A stretch of DNA of 64,000 nt from Patescibacteria group bacterium (GCA_041665505.1 JBAYIR010000001.1:220392-284391); one strand, 5' to 3'; counted from the stretch's first letter, positions 43,877 through 54,765 are shown. Program-made: numbers and translations. The notes: generated from the sequence alone by a model not told the origin.

Positions 43877-44048
43877 ATTTACAATATACTATATTTTGTG
43901 GATTATGGCGATAGACAAACTCATTTTTTAGAGCTAATCTTTATTTTTATAAAAGATATTAATATACTATATATTTGACTTTTTGTCAACTTTGTATAAA
44001 AGCTAACATTTTAATGACTAAAGTTTATTTTTTTGTTACACTATAAAT

Positions 44049-44312
44049 ATGCAACAAATAGCTGATATATTCAAAAATAAAAAAGAAGCAAAAAAAGCCC
44101 CAGCTTATCAGTGGCAGGATTTAGCTTTGCGTATTGTAGAAGAATTGGCTATTCCTCAATCTAAAAAAAATTCTGTTTTTAAAGTTTGTAAAGATTATGA
44201 TAAAAATTTTGTAGAAAAATGCTTAGATGACACCAAAGAATTAGCTCAAGGCTCAGCCCGTTGGCGATATTTTTTCAAACTGGTCTCGGAATACAAAAAA
44301 AGCTCCTCTTAA
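44049..44312 (+). CDS. Hypothetical protein
   Basis: 87 aa. No motif recognised. Confidence 0.3.
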   Translation: MQQIADIFKNKKEAKKAPAYQWQDLALRIVEELAIPQSKKNSVFKVCKDYDKNFVEKCLDDTKELAQGSARWRYFFKLVSEYKKSSS

Positions 44313-44335
44313 GGAGCTTTTTAAATTAAACTTAA

Positions 44336-45127
44336 TTACTTTATTTTAAAATTTTCTACCAAATAACCAATACCAAAAGGGGCTTGGTAGCTTAATTTTA
44401 GTGGTTGATAATTCATTTCTTTAATTATACCCAAAAGTATAAGTAGAGATCTAAAGCCACATTCTCCAGCCTCTTTAATAAATTGCGGATTCATATCTAT
44501 AATCTCACCAATTTTATTATCATTGATTAATTTTATAATTTTTTGATCAAACTCTTGTGCTTGTGGAGAATAACCAGCTGGGGAGTCTTGATGTAATTTG
44601 TGAGATAAATCACCAGAAGCAATAATAGCTACTCGTTTATCGGCCAAATTTATTTGTTTACGAATTAGCTCACCAAACTTAATATGATCTTGGTAAGGTA
44701 AATCAGCATAGCCAATACTAACAATACTAATATTTGGCAAATGCTTAGTTAAGTAAAGTAAAGGCACACCACTACCATAATCAAGATCCTGATTAGCTGT
44801 TAAGACAATTGGAAAATAATGTTCACATGATTCTTTTATTTTATAACCAAAACCTAACTCATTATTAAATTCCAATTTGGTTATTAAATCGCCAAATTCT
44901 TTAAAATTGACTTTCAACTTTGGTTGCTGATTGATAGTAAAAAATTGACCACCAGAAATATTGGCGTGAGAAGAAATAATAATTATAATATCAGGCTTGG
45001 AAGCATATAATTCATGCTCCAAGTCTTTATAAGCTTCGATAGTTAATTTTAATTTGTCTAGATTTTCTTTACCTACTTCTGGAATCAAAATAGGCGAGTG
45101 GGGGACAAAACAAGAAAAAGTAATCAT
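44336..45127 (-). CDS. MEMO1/LigB-like (class III extradiol dioxygenase subunit B-like) protein
   Basis: N-terminal VPHSP motif and about 260 aa, typical of the family. The assignment is tentative. Confidence 0.4.
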   Translation of the reverse strand: MITFSCFVPHSPILIPEVGKENLDKLKLTIEAYKDLEHELYASKPDIIIIISSHANISGGQFFTINQQPKLKVNFKEFGDLITKLEFNNELGFGYKIKESCEHYFPIVLTANQDLDYGSGVPLLYLTKHLPNISIVSIGYADLPYQDHIKFGELIRKQINLADKRVAIIASGDLSHKLHQDSPAGYSPQAQEFDQKIIKLINDNKIGEIIDMNPQFIKEAGECGFRSLLILLGIIKEMNYQPLKLSYQAPFGIGYLVENFKIK

Positions 45128-45132
45128 ATATA

Positions 45133-46608
45133 TTATTCTTGGCTTAATATACTTTCACCGAGGGTATGAAAATTCATTATCTTACTAGTCACAATTTGTA
45201 TTTGAGCCCAATTATAGCCTAACTTGTCAAAAGTTGCTCCGTCTGGAATCAATCGACGCTGGCCATTAGATATTACATAGACCCTAGGATCAAGGTCTTT
45301 TTTAATCAAAGTACCATCAGTCAATTTAATAGGGCTAGCATCAGCCAGCTCAGCTAGAGTTTTAGAAGTGACTTCTTTTATTTTTAACTCTGGAAAATTA
45401 GCTTCTCTTATAAAGGAATCAATTATCTTGTGTTTTTGACCATCTTTTACCAAATAAATTTCCTCAGTGGACATATCTTGCCAGACCTGAGCAAAAGGAC
45501 TAGATGATTCATCTAAAGCATCGCCTGTGGCATAAATATCTAATTCGGACTTAGCTACTTTTTCTATTTCTGTTGGATTAAAGCCTAACTGACGAAAAGC
45601 TTCATCAGAGCTAATCAATCTTTTACTTAAACCATCTATTAAATATCTATTACCACTAGGATCTTCTAAAACTGAATAATTAGCATGAGAGATTAAAGCA
45701 TCATCTTGATATTTTACTAACTCTTCGGCGGCTACTAAAAGTACTTTATTTGGGTCAAAACGTGAAACAAGGCTGGTCATATTAGCAAAAGCTCTTTTTT
45801 TACCATTAGCTATCAAATAAATAGCTCCATTACCACCAGTTTTAGCTTTGACTAAAGCTCCATCGGGGAAAAAACCTAGACTAACTACTGGTGTATCATC
45901 ATCGTTGTCAGTCAAACCACCAAAACCATATTTATTCCAAAGTGTAAAAAAAAGTTTGTTACCATGAAGATGAGGAGTATAAATATACATAGCAGCTGTA
46001 ATTTTATTGGCTGGTGTCACTACCGTACCTTTTTCTGTACATGGTAAATCTACAGTTGGGTCATCAGCACAGGCTGGTTTATTTGGTTGCCAATTGTAAC
46101 TATGGATATTATCTATATACCATCTAAATTGGAGAGCAGCCCCTCTAACTTGTTTACCAAAACCTTTATATTTGATATTGCAATAATTACCATCATAACA
46201 ATAATAGCCCATGGCAAAATCAATTGCTCTCTCTGAAGCGCTAGTGGCTTCTATTAAACCTTGCTCTTTTTGCAGTAGCGTCAATAAAAATTGAGGATTG
46301 ATTTTTGCTTCTTGAGCAGCATTATAAATTACCTCAGCCGCTGTCCTGGTTTTAATATATTTTACTTCTGGATCAGTAGATACTTCCGCTGGAGAGGGAT
46401 TATTACCACTATATTCGTAGTCCTTTAAATAGGAATTTTTAGAGCGCAAAAAATCTCTAATTTCAGAAACGGTCATAGACTGATAATTTTCAGCGTCGGA
46501 GTCAGAAATTATTTGATTATAATCAACTTCAGCCCCAAAAACTACATTGGGGATAAGTATCAAAAATAAAGTAAAAATGGCTATTTTTTTCTTATAATAA
46601 CTAGTCAT
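45133..46608 (-). CDS. Secreted hypothetical protein
   Basis: N-terminal signal/TM. 491 aa. Confidence 0.45.
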   Translation of the reverse strand: MTSYYKKKIAIFTLFLILIPNVVFGAEVDYNQIISDSDAENYQSMTVSEIRDFLRSKNSYLKDYEYSGNNPSPAEVSTDPEVKYIKTRTAAEVIYNAAQEAKINPQFLLTLLQKEQGLIEATSASERAIDFAMGYYCYDGNYCNIKYKGFGKQVRGAALQFRWYIDNIHSYNWQPNKPACADDPTVDLPCTEKGTVVTPANKITAAMYIYTPHLHGNKLFFTLWNKYGFGGLTDNDDDTPVVSLGFFPDGALVKAKTGGNGAIYLIANGKKRAFANMTSLVSRFDPNKVLLVAAEELVKYQDDALISHANYSVLEDPSGNRYLIDGLSKRLISSDEAFRQLGFNPTEIEKVAKSELDIYATGDALDESSSPFAQVWQDMSTEEIYLVKDGQKHKIIDSFIREANFPELKIKEVTSKTLAELADASPIKLTDGTLIKKDLDPRVYVISNGQRRLIPDGATFDKLGYNWAQIQIVTSKIMNFHTLGESILSQE

Positions 46609-46744
46609 AATGATTTAATAATGATTATTTTATTTTAGTCTATCTATTATAGCAAAATTATCAGATTATGACCATTGATTTTTAACTATATTTAAGATAA
46701 AATCAAGCTATAGTAATTAAAATAAGCATTAATTTTAAGCACTA

Positions 46745-47296
46745 ATGGAAAATAAAAGATTATTTATAGCCCTACCAATTGATCCGGGTATTACTAAAGA
46801 TTTGGTGAAAAAATTTAGTAATCTTGACTTACCATGGGAAAAAATAAAAAAAATTCCAGCTGAACAAATACATCTAACTTTAAAATTTTTAGGTGATTTT
46901 AATATTGAAAAAATTCCTGATTTACTAAATAGTTTAGAAAAAGTAGACATTGGTGTAAGTGATATAGAGTTAAAAATAAATCAAAGCCAAGTATTTACTC
47001 CTAATCAGCCAAAAGTCTTAGCTCTGTCCATTGAGGTCAATCCACAATTACAGAAACTATACAATGAAATAGAACAAATTTTGTTTGACGATGGCTTGGC
47101 CCACAAAGAGATACGGCGTTTTTCTGGCCATTTGACTCTAGCACGAATAAAACAAAAAGCCGACTTTGAAGAGTTTCAAAAATTTAACGATTGGAAGATA
47201 ATCAGATCATTTTCAATATCAAATTTTGAAATAATAGAAAGTGAGTTAACTAAAGCTGGCCCAGAGTATACTAGTTTACAAAGTTTTGATTTATGA
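46745..47296 (+). CDS. thpR: RNA 2',3'-cyclic phosphodiesterase (2H phosphoesterase, LigT/ThpR)
   Basis: Two H-x-T/S-x motifs (IHLTLKF and GHLTLARI). Confidence 0.75.
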   Translation: MENKRLFIALPIDPGITKDLVKKFSNLDLPWEKIKKIPAEQIHLTLKFLGDFNIEKIPDLLNSLEKVDIGVSDIELKINQSQVFTPNQPKVLALSIEVNPQLQKLYNEIEQILFDDGLAHKEIRRFSGHLTLARIKQKADFEEFQKFNDWKIIRSFSISNFEIIESELTKAGPEYTSLQSFDL

Positions 47297-48042
47297 AAGA
47301 ATATAAACTTTTAGGTGTAAAAGTAAATATCATGGCTGAGTATTTATTAAAAAATAAACTACTAGACTTTTTAAATTCCAATACTCAACACCAAATAGCC
47401 ACCATTAATCCAGAATTTATAGTTAGTAGTCAAAAAGATAAAAATTTTTTAGCCACTATCAACCAAGCTAGTATTTCTTTGATTGATGGTTCTGGTATTA
47501 TCAAAGCTTTACAGTATTTGGGGCACAATGTCTCGCTAGATGATAGAATAACTGGGGTAAAATTAACAACTATATTGATAGATTTAGCTATAAACAAAAA
47601 TTTAAAAATAATGTTTTGCTTATATAGCCAAGGACTGACCAAGGCGGATAGATTCTTCATGCTTTTAAAAGCTAAATATCCTTCCTTAGATTTTCAAGTA
47701 GCTGATGAAAACACCGCTTTAGAAAAAGGCAGAATCTTTGCCCCTAGTATTGTCTTAGTTGGTTTTGGTGCTCCTCGTCAAGATATTTGGATTGCCAAAA
47801 ATTTAAAAGAAATTCCTAGCGTTAAAATAGCAGCGGGAGTAGGTGGAACATTTGATTTTATGTCTGGTAAAATCAAAAGAGCCCCCAAATTTATGCAAAG
47901 CCTAGGTTTGGAATGGTTTTGGAGACTAATATTACAACCCACTAGATTTTTACGTATTAATCGAGCTATAATAGTGTTTCCCTACTTAATATATCGAGAT
48001 AAAATAAAGCATCAAAAAAAATATGGAAAAAGTAAGAACTAG
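47293..48042 (+). CDS. WecB/TagA/CpsF family glycosyltransferase
   Basis: GFGAPRQDIWI and the LGLEWFWRL C-terminal block. Confidence 0.75.
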   Translation: MKEYKLLGVKVNIMAEYLLKNKLLDFLNSNTQHQIATINPEFIVSSQKDKNFLATINQASISLIDGSGIIKALQYLGHNVSLDDRITGVKLTTILIDLAINKNLKIMFCLYSQGLTKADRFFMLLKAKYPSLDFQVADENTALEKGRIFAPSIVLVGFGAPRQDIWIAKNLKEIPSVKIAAGVGGTFDFMSGKIKRAPKFMQSLGLEWFWRLILQPTRFLRINRAIIVFPYLIYRDKIKHQKKYGKSKN

Positions 48043-49450
48043 GTTTGCTCCTAGCCCCACTGGATATTTACACATTGGCGGTTTGCGTACTGCTTTGTTT
48101 TCTTATTTGTGGGCTAGAAAAAATAAAGGTGAATTTACTATTAGGATAGAGGACACCGATAGGGAAAGATATATTGAAGGAGCTGACAAACAATTACTAG
48201 ATACTCTAGCTAAATTTGCTATTATCTCTGATACCGAGGTTAAACATCAATCAAATAGGCTAAAATTATACCAAAAAGATTGTGATAAGTTGATAGAACA
48301 CAATCAGGCTTACAGATGTTTTTGTTCTCCTGAAAGATTAGATAAAGTACGCGAAGAACAACAAAAAAACAAACAAGTACCAAAATATGACCGCTATTGC
48401 TTAAACTTAAGTCAAAAAGAGATTGATGATAAAATAAACAATGGACAAAAATTTGTAGTCCGTTTTAAAATTCCAGACAATCAAATTGTAGTAGCTGAGG
48501 ATACTGTTTATGGAAAAATTTCCGTCAAAACCCAAGACTTGGACGATTTTGTAATTTTGAAATCAAACAAATTTCCTACTTACCATCTAGCTAATGTAGT
48601 GGATGATCATGATATGCGTATCACACACGTTGTAAGAGGAGAAGAGTGGATACCATCTTTTCCTAAACATGTTTTAATTTATCAAGCTTTGGGCTATGCT
48701 ATGCCTATTTTTGTACATTTACCACTACTACTTAATCCTGATAAATCTAAACTTTCCAAAAGACAAGGAGATGTAGCCGTAGAGGATTATCTAAACAAAG
48801 GCTATTTGATAGAAGCTCTAATTAACTACGTGGCTCTTTTGGGTTGGAGTCCGGGTAATGACAAAGAATTTTTCTTACTCAAAGAATTAACTAAAGAATT
48901 TTCTTTAGAAAAAATAAACAAAGCTGGAGCAGTATTTGATGTTAATAAACTAAATTGGTTTAATGCTGAATACATTAGAAAAATAATTTCTCAAAATGAT
49001 GAAAGATTTTTGCAACTAATAAATGAGACCGAACAATATCTTGGTAAAAATGCTCATAAAGCCAAAAAAGTTTTAAGATTATTTGGCAGCCGAATAGATA
49101 ATTTATCTCAATTAGCTCAGGATAGTAAATTTTTATTTGAATTAGCAGATTATAAAAAAGAATTGCTAATTTTTAAAAAATCAGACCTAATCAAAACCAA
49201 AGAGGCTTTAAATTTAGCTTTAGGCACTCTAGGTAAGTTGCATCATAGTGAGTGGGATCAAAAAAGCATCAATGATTCCATAAATAATCTAATAGCTAGA
49301 CGCCAACTTAGCCCAGGTGATATTTTTTGGCCACTAAGAGTAGCTTGTTCTGGTTTAGAACGTAGCCCCTCACCAGCAGAATTGTTAGAATTTTTAGGCA
49401 AAGAAGAAGCTTTAGCTAGAGTAAAAAAAGCTATTAAAAAACTACAGTAG
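48023..49450 (+). CDS. gltX: Glutamate--tRNA ligase
   Basis: RFAPSPTGYLHIGGLRTAL (HIGH motif) and KLSKR (KMSKS). Confidence 0.9.
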   Translation: MEKVRTRFAPSPTGYLHIGGLRTALFSYLWARKNKGEFTIRIEDTDRERYIEGADKQLLDTLAKFAIISDTEVKHQSNRLKLYQKDCDKLIEHNQAYRCFCSPERLDKVREEQQKNKQVPKYDRYCLNLSQKEIDDKINNGQKFVVRFKIPDNQIVVAEDTVYGKISVKTQDLDDFVILKSNKFPTYHLANVVDDHDMRITHVVRGEEWIPSFPKHVLIYQALGYAMPIFVHLPLLLNPDKSKLSKRQGDVAVEDYLNKGYLIEALINYVALLGWSPGNDKEFFLLKELTKEFSLEKINKAGAVFDVNKLNWFNAEYIRKIISQNDERFLQLINETEQYLGKNAHKAKKVLRLFGSRIDNLSQLAQDSKFLFELADYKKELLIFKKSDLIKTKEALNLALGTLGKLHHSEWDQKSINDSINNLIARRQLSPGDIFWPLRVACSGLERSPSPAELLEFLGKEEALARVKKAIKKLQ

Positions 49451-49503
49451 CTTACTTGTTTATATTTCATAAATATGCTATAATATAAACATATTAGTAA
49501 ACC

Positions 49504-50757
49504 ATGCTACAAATAAAAATAAAAACTAGTCAAATATTATCTAGTATCTTAGCCATAACTTTACTTGGTTTTATTTTTTTACCAAAAAATACTGGAGCCG
49601 TAGAATATAAATTAGATAATGTTGATACTATAGAAACATGGCAGTTAAATCAAGATATTAATGAAAAAAGATCTGAAATTCAAGAACTTAGGCGTCAAAT
49701 TGATGTTTATAAAAAAAATATTGATGCTAAACAAAGGCAATTAGGCAATCTAGCTACTCAAATCAGCACACTCAATGAGAGTATTGCTAAAATTAACTTA
49801 GAAATACAAGCTACTGAATTGGAGATGGATGCTTTGAATCTTGAAATAGAAAATACCCAACTAAAAATTGATTCCAAAGAAAAAGAAATAACTGAACAGA
49901 AAGATGTATTAGCTGAAGTAATTCGTTCTTTGCATAGACAACAACAAAAAAATAATCTTCTAGAAATATTAATACTTAATGATAATTTTAGTGATTTTAT
50001 AGCTGACCTCAACAATCTAGAAGACATGAGGGACAATTTATTTGATGGGGTAGGAGAACTAAATAAAATAAAAATTGCCTTAAGTGATGATAAAAATTCC
50101 ATAGAAAATGAAAAAACAGAACTTGACACTCTAAAAAGTATACTAGATAACAAAAAAGGTAGTTTAGATGGCCAAAAGACTAGTAAATCAACACTGATGG
50201 CTGCTACCCAAGGACAAGAAGCCAAATATCAGACCCTGCTACATCAAGCTAAAGAAGAACAAGAGCAGGCTAATAGTGATATTGTTTACCTAGAACAAAT
50301 TGCTCGTGAAAAAGTAAATCGTCAATTAGAGTTGGATAACATCACTAGTGATGGTCTGATGTGGCCAGTGACTTCTCAAAGAGTGACTGCTTATTTTCAT
50401 GATCCAGATTACCCCTACCGTTATATTTTTGAACACCCAGCTATAGATATTGCTACACCACAAGGCACGCCACTAAGAGCCGCTGAATCAGGCTACGTGG
50501 CTAAAGCTAAAGACGGAGGAGCGACTGGCTATAGTTATATTATGTTGATTCATGCCGACGGTTTATCTACTGTCTATGGCCACATTAATAGTATCAGTGT
50601 CAGTGCTGACCAATTTGTTTCTAAAGGTGACATTATTGGCTATACCGGTGGTATGCCAGGTACTTATGGTGCTGGGCCACTTACTACTGGTCCGCATCTT
50701 CATCTAGAGGTGCGTCTAAATGGCGTACCAGTTGATCCGCTAAATTATTTACCTTAA
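49504..50757 (+). CDS. M23 family metallopeptidase with an N-terminal coiled coil (EnvC-like)
   Basis: Signal/TM, a long coiled coil, and C-terminal HxxxD...HLHLEV M23 motifs. Confidence 0.75.
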   Translation: MLQIKIKTSQILSSILAITLLGFIFLPKNTGAVEYKLDNVDTIETWQLNQDINEKRSEIQELRRQIDVYKKNIDAKQRQLGNLATQISTLNESIAKINLEIQATELEMDALNLEIENTQLKIDSKEKEITEQKDVLAEVIRSLHRQQQKNNLLEILILNDNFSDFIADLNNLEDMRDNLFDGVGELNKIKIALSDDKNSIENEKTELDTLKSILDNKKGSLDGQKTSKSTLMAATQGQEAKYQTLLHQAKEEQEQANSDIVYLEQIAREKVNRQLELDNITSDGLMWPVTSQRVTAYFHDPDYPYRYIFEHPAIDIATPQGTPLRAAESGYVAKAKDGGATGYSYIMLIHADGLSTVYGHINSISVSADQFVSKGDIIGYTGGMPGTYGAGPLTTGPHLHLEVRLNGVPVDPLNYLP

Positions 50758-50766
50758 AATTAACAT

Positions 50767-50792
50767 AAAAAAAACGGTTTAGGCCGTTTTTT
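50767..50792 (+). terminator. Intrinsic terminator
   Basis: AAAACGG-ttta-GGCCGTTTTTT. Confidence 0.5.
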
Positions 50793-50809
50793 AATTATAA
50801 TTTACAAAT

Positions 50810-52549
50810 ATGGAAAATCAAAAACCAAGCGAGCAAAAAAACTACGAAGAACATAGAATAGATGGTTTTAAAATATTTTTAGCTATTTTGGCTATAATTT
50901 TAGTTATTTCCAATGTTATTACAGTATATTTTTTGCTTAATAAAAATAAACAGCCAGAAAATACTAATCAAAACACAAATAATAATATAGTAGTTAATGA
51001 AAATAATATAAATGATGACATCAATACTGATTTACCGACTGAAGAAATATTAGTAGATTGGTACACTCAGCCCATAGCTATAAATGTTGAAGAATTTTTT
51101 GGAGCAGATAAAATTGCTCTAAATAAAAAAGAAAACCCAGATTTTACTATTTTGGAAGTAAGCTCTATAGAAAAAGTAGGCCAAGTAAAAACTGGTGCTT
51201 ATGCTGGCGATAATTTATACGCTGTTTTAATTCAAGAAATGGGCACTACCAAACTCCATGCTATTAAACACAACGACGATGTTTTAATATTTAATAACCA
51301 AATAGACTATAATCGCTGTGCTGATAATGCCTATAAGTACCTATGCACAGATATAAATACTACTATACAAAATCTAGAAACTCCTGAAACTATAGAAATT
51401 GCTAATTCCAATTTACAACTTATAAAAAAAGAATGGCAATATTACCAAAAATTTAGCGAGCTAGAAAATATTGAAAAATTATTTGAATATGCTCCTGGAA
51501 AATACATTTATCAAGAAAAATTCCCAAATAGCAAGAATTTAAATTATCTAGCCACTGCTGAAGATCAAAGCATTAGACTATACGAATTAAAGTTGGATTT
51601 TTTAGGGACAGAAGGAGAATCTAGCCAATATCTTGGCCAAATTCCTAATACTTTAGACATTACTTGGTCAGATGGCACTAAAAATTCAGAAGAATTCTTG
51701 CAAGAAACCTATAGAAATAGCCAATCTTACGCTTATTATATAAAAGGCTTAGAAGATTTAAAAATTACTGGACAGACCAAAACTGGTAAGCCTATTTATG
51801 AATTAAAAAATCCTAACTTCAAAGAAATCTCAGCCGACACAGAAAATATTTTTGAAAAAATGTATAACTCTATCTATACTCCTGCTGGTCAAGAAACTCC
51901 TTTTGCAGAATTTTTAAAACAACACCCAATTATTTTCTGGCAAGACCCATTTGGAAATTTTCTAGAATTTAGAAATGCGGAGTTTATGCCCGCTGCTGAA
52001 TTTGGCAAACCAGTAATATACCTTTACCCTGAAAAGACCACTGATGTCAGTGTCAAAGTATCCCCCAATAAAGGTTTAACTATCACTGAACCAGCTTACA
52101 ATAATGGTTGGTTGGTCAAAGCTTATCCTGATGGTAATTTGTATAATTATAATGATCAGAAAAACTATCCTTATTTATTTTGGGAGGGCAGGGGAATAAA
52201 CTATCAAATACCCAAAGATGGTTTTGTAGTAGCCAAAAACGACATCAGAAAATTTTTAGTAGAAAAATTAAGCGAACAGGGGTTGATAGCTAAGGAATAT
52301 AATGAATTTATAGACTTTTGGGCACCAAAAATGACTGAACAGGCTTATTATTTTATTACCTTTATGCCTCAAGCTGACTTTGATAAGCTAGCCCCTCTTG
52401 AAATAAGTCCTCGGCCTGATACTATTATAAGAGTATTTATGGACTATAGGCCGCTAAATGAAATAATTAAAGTCAAAACACCAGTATTTAAAACCCCAGC
52501 TAGAAATGGTTTCACTGTAGTAGAGTGGGGTGGAGCGCTCCATAATTAA
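50810..52549 (+). CDS. Membrane-anchored hypothetical protein
   Basis: N-terminal TM. 579 aa. No motif recognised. Confidence 0.45.
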   Translation: MENQKPSEQKNYEEHRIDGFKIFLAILAIILVISNVITVYFLLNKNKQPENTNQNTNNNIVVNENNINDDINTDLPTEEILVDWYTQPIAINVEEFFGADKIALNKKENPDFTILEVSSIEKVGQVKTGAYAGDNLYAVLIQEMGTTKLHAIKHNDDVLIFNNQIDYNRCADNAYKYLCTDINTTIQNLETPETIEIANSNLQLIKKEWQYYQKFSELENIEKLFEYAPGKYIYQEKFPNSKNLNYLATAEDQSIRLYELKLDFLGTEGESSQYLGQIPNTLDITWSDGTKNSEEFLQETYRNSQSYAYYIKGLEDLKITGQTKTGKPIYELKNPNFKEISADTENIFEKMYNSIYTPAGQETPFAEFLKQHPIIFWQDPFGNFLEFRNAEFMPAAEFGKPVIYLYPEKTTDVSVKVSPNKGLTITEPAYNNGWLVKAYPDGNLYNYNDQKNYPYLFWEGRGINYQIPKDGFVVAKNDIRKFLVEKLSEQGLIAKEYNEFIDFWAPKMTEQAYYFITFMPQADFDKLAPLEISPRPDTIIRVFMDYRPLNEIIKVKTPVFKTPARNGFTVVEWGGALHN

Positions 52550-52551
52550 GC

Positions 52552-54414
52552 ATGGTAAGTAAACAAAAAAAAATTATTATTATCTTAGTCCTGCTTCTTT
52601 GCCAAGTAGGACTATTTTATACTTGGCTTAAATGGGAAAATATTGATTTTCTTAAACCTAAACAAAAAATTGACCAGCCACTTAAAGTGGAGGAAAGAAT
52701 TTTGGAAACTCATAAGTCATATTTTATATCAGCTGATTTTTATAACCAGGCTTATGAGGCAGGTACTAAACAAATAATATCAGCCGAAGATAAAGTCTAT
52801 GGAGGTATAATTCCCCATCATCTCATGCCCAAAGACAAAATAGCTGCTTGGTTCTTGGGTTTAAAAGACACAAATTATGACACAGTGGTATTAATTGGCC
52901 CCAATCATTTTGAAGCAGGTGAGGCTGATATTATAATTTCCCAAGCAAAGTGGGAGACGCCTTATGGCGAACTTCTACCTGATCTAAAACTGAGTGATAA
53001 TTTACTAAAAGTTAAAAATATAAAGCTAGATGAGAAACCTTTTGGGAGTGAACATTCTATATCTGGCTTAGTGCCATTTATAAAAAAATCTCTGCCGCAA
53101 GCCAATATAGTACCAATTATTTTAAAAAATAAAACTAAAACCGCCGACTTAGATAATCTAGCTGCCAACTTAGCCAGTCTGATAGTTAAAGAAAAAACTT
53201 TGGTTCTAGCCAGCGTTGATTTCTCCCACTGGCAGACTGATCTAGTCTCAGATTTTCATGATGATTTAAGTCAAAATGTTATAGAAACTTTTGATTTTGA
53301 ACGTATCCATAATCTAGAAATAGATTCACCGGCCTCTATTTATGCCGTTTTAAAGTATTTAGAAAAAATAGATGCCCAAAAATCTCAGCTAGCTTTCCAT
53401 ACAGATTCTAGTGAACTACTAAAAAAACCTGATGAGGCTGGTACTAGTCATTTTTATTATTATTTTTCCACTGGCCAAAAGAAAACAGAAACGGCTTTAA
53501 GTTTATTATTTTTTGGTGATCTAATGCTAGATAGAAATGTCAAAACAATTATAGATAAAAATGGTTTAGGCTATATATTTAATAATTTAGCCACTGAGGA
53601 AAATAGATTTTTTATGAGCCCTGATATTATTAGTGCCAATTTAGAAGGAGCTCTAACTAATAGTGGTACTCATTATCCGCCAGAAGCTAGTATTGATTTT
53701 GCTATAAACCCTGATTTAATAAAAAAAATTAAAAAAGATTATTTCTTTAATTTTTTTAATTTAGCCAATAACCATATCACTGACCAAGGCCAAAAAGGTC
53801 TAGAAGAGACTAAATATAATTTAAATAAGCTAAATATAGATTACAGTGGTTGCCCAGACGCTATGCTTGATAATTGTAGTAGCCAAATTTTGGATATAGC
53901 TGATCAAAAAATTGCTATGTTTGGCTTTAGCATGGTTTATAATAATTTTGATTTAACCAAAGCTATAAATGAAATCAAAGAAGCTAAAGAAAAAAATAAC
54001 TTAGTGATTGCTCAAATTCATTGGGGAGCTGAGTATACACATAATTTTAATGAGCAGCAACAAAATATTGCTCATCAATTTATTGATGCCGGAGCTGATA
54101 TAATAATTGGGCATCATCCTCATGTGGTTCAAGGAATAGAAATTTATAACAATAAGCCAATTTTTTATTCCTTGGGTAATTTTGTCTTTGATCAATATTT
54201 TTCTCCAGACACCCAGGAAGAATTAGCTGTGGGAATATCCTATCAAACTGGAGAATACAAAATATATCTATTCCCAATTCAATCAAACAATAGTCAGCTC
54301 AGCTTAATGACTGGCGAAAATAAAAATAACTTTTTTAAAAAAATAGCTGACTGGTCAAACATTACTCAAAATTTTGAAAAACAACTACTTAGTGGACAAG
54401 TTTTAATCAAATAA
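52552..54414 (+). CDS. Fusion: MEMO1-like domain plus CapA (PGA_cap) metallophosphatase-like domain
   Basis: The N-terminal half has GGIIPHHLMP...IGPNHF. The C-terminal half has LANNHITDQG...IAQIHWGAEY...GHHPH, typical of the CapA family. Confidence 0.6.
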   Translation: MVSKQKKIIIILVLLLCQVGLFYTWLKWENIDFLKPKQKIDQPLKVEERILETHKSYFISADFYNQAYEAGTKQIISAEDKVYGGIIPHHLMPKDKIAAWFLGLKDTNYDTVVLIGPNHFEAGEADIIISQAKWETPYGELLPDLKLSDNLLKVKNIKLDEKPFGSEHSISGLVPFIKKSLPQANIVPIILKNKTKTADLDNLAANLASLIVKEKTLVLASVDFSHWQTDLVSDFHDDLSQNVIETFDFERIHNLEIDSPASIYAVLKYLEKIDAQKSQLAFHTDSSELLKKPDEAGTSHFYYYFSTGQKKTETALSLLFFGDLMLDRNVKTIIDKNGLGYIFNNLATEENRFFMSPDIISANLEGALTNSGTHYPPEASIDFAINPDLIKKIKKDYFFNFFNLANNHITDQGQKGLEETKYNLNKLNIDYSGCPDAMLDNCSSQILDIADQKIAMFGFSMVYNNFDLTKAINEIKEAKEKNNLVIAQIHWGAEYTHNFNEQQQNIAHQFIDAGADIIIGHHPHVVQGIEIYNNKPIFYSLGNFVFDQYFSPDTQEELAVGISYQTGEYKIYLFPIQSNNSQLSLMTGENKNNFFKKIADWSNITQNFEKQLLSGQVLIK

Positions 54415-54426
54415 AACTAATAAAAT

Positions 54427-54452
54427 AAGCCATTTTACCTAGGCTTTTTTAT
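54427..54452 (+). terminator. Weak intrinsic terminator
   Basis: AAGCC-n10-GGCTT followed by T6. Confidence 0.35.
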
Positions 54453-54480
54453 TATTTTAAAATTTTTATAGCCATAGACC

Positions 54481-54509
54481 TTGACAAATACATAAACATA
54501 TGCTATTAT
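54481..54509 (+). promoter_or_regulatory. Sigma-70 promoter (TTGACA-17-TATTAT)
   Basis: Consensus boxes precede an ORF-free GC-rich segment. Confidence 0.5.
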
Positions 54510-54515
54510 TCTTTT

Positions 54516-54740
54516 TGTGCTGAAAAAAATCAGCCTGTACAGTTTGAAAAGTTGGCCTCTGGTTTAGACGTGTATTTAACGGGAGCGCATAACCACATCT
54601 GTGGATCTTGCGTTACTGTTACGCGCTAAATCGGCAAAGCCACTTTCAAAGCTCCCTCCACGGGGAGCATTCATCCTGGCCCACGGGCTGGGGTGAAAGA
54701 GGGGGTCCCAGGCCCAGTCGGGACCCTCTTTTCTTTTTGT
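54516..54740 (+). ncRNA. Candidate structured sRNA (about 225 nt), class unknown
   Basis: GC-rich with no ORF. Nested helices GGGAGC...GCTCCC and AGCGCATAAC...GTTACGCGCT. Strong terminator at 54699-54729 (GGGTCCC/GGGACCC) followed by TTTTCTTTTT. No + strand gene lies downstream. Confidence 0.45.
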
Positions 54741-54765
54741 TTATAAAATCTAAATACCTTTTAAA

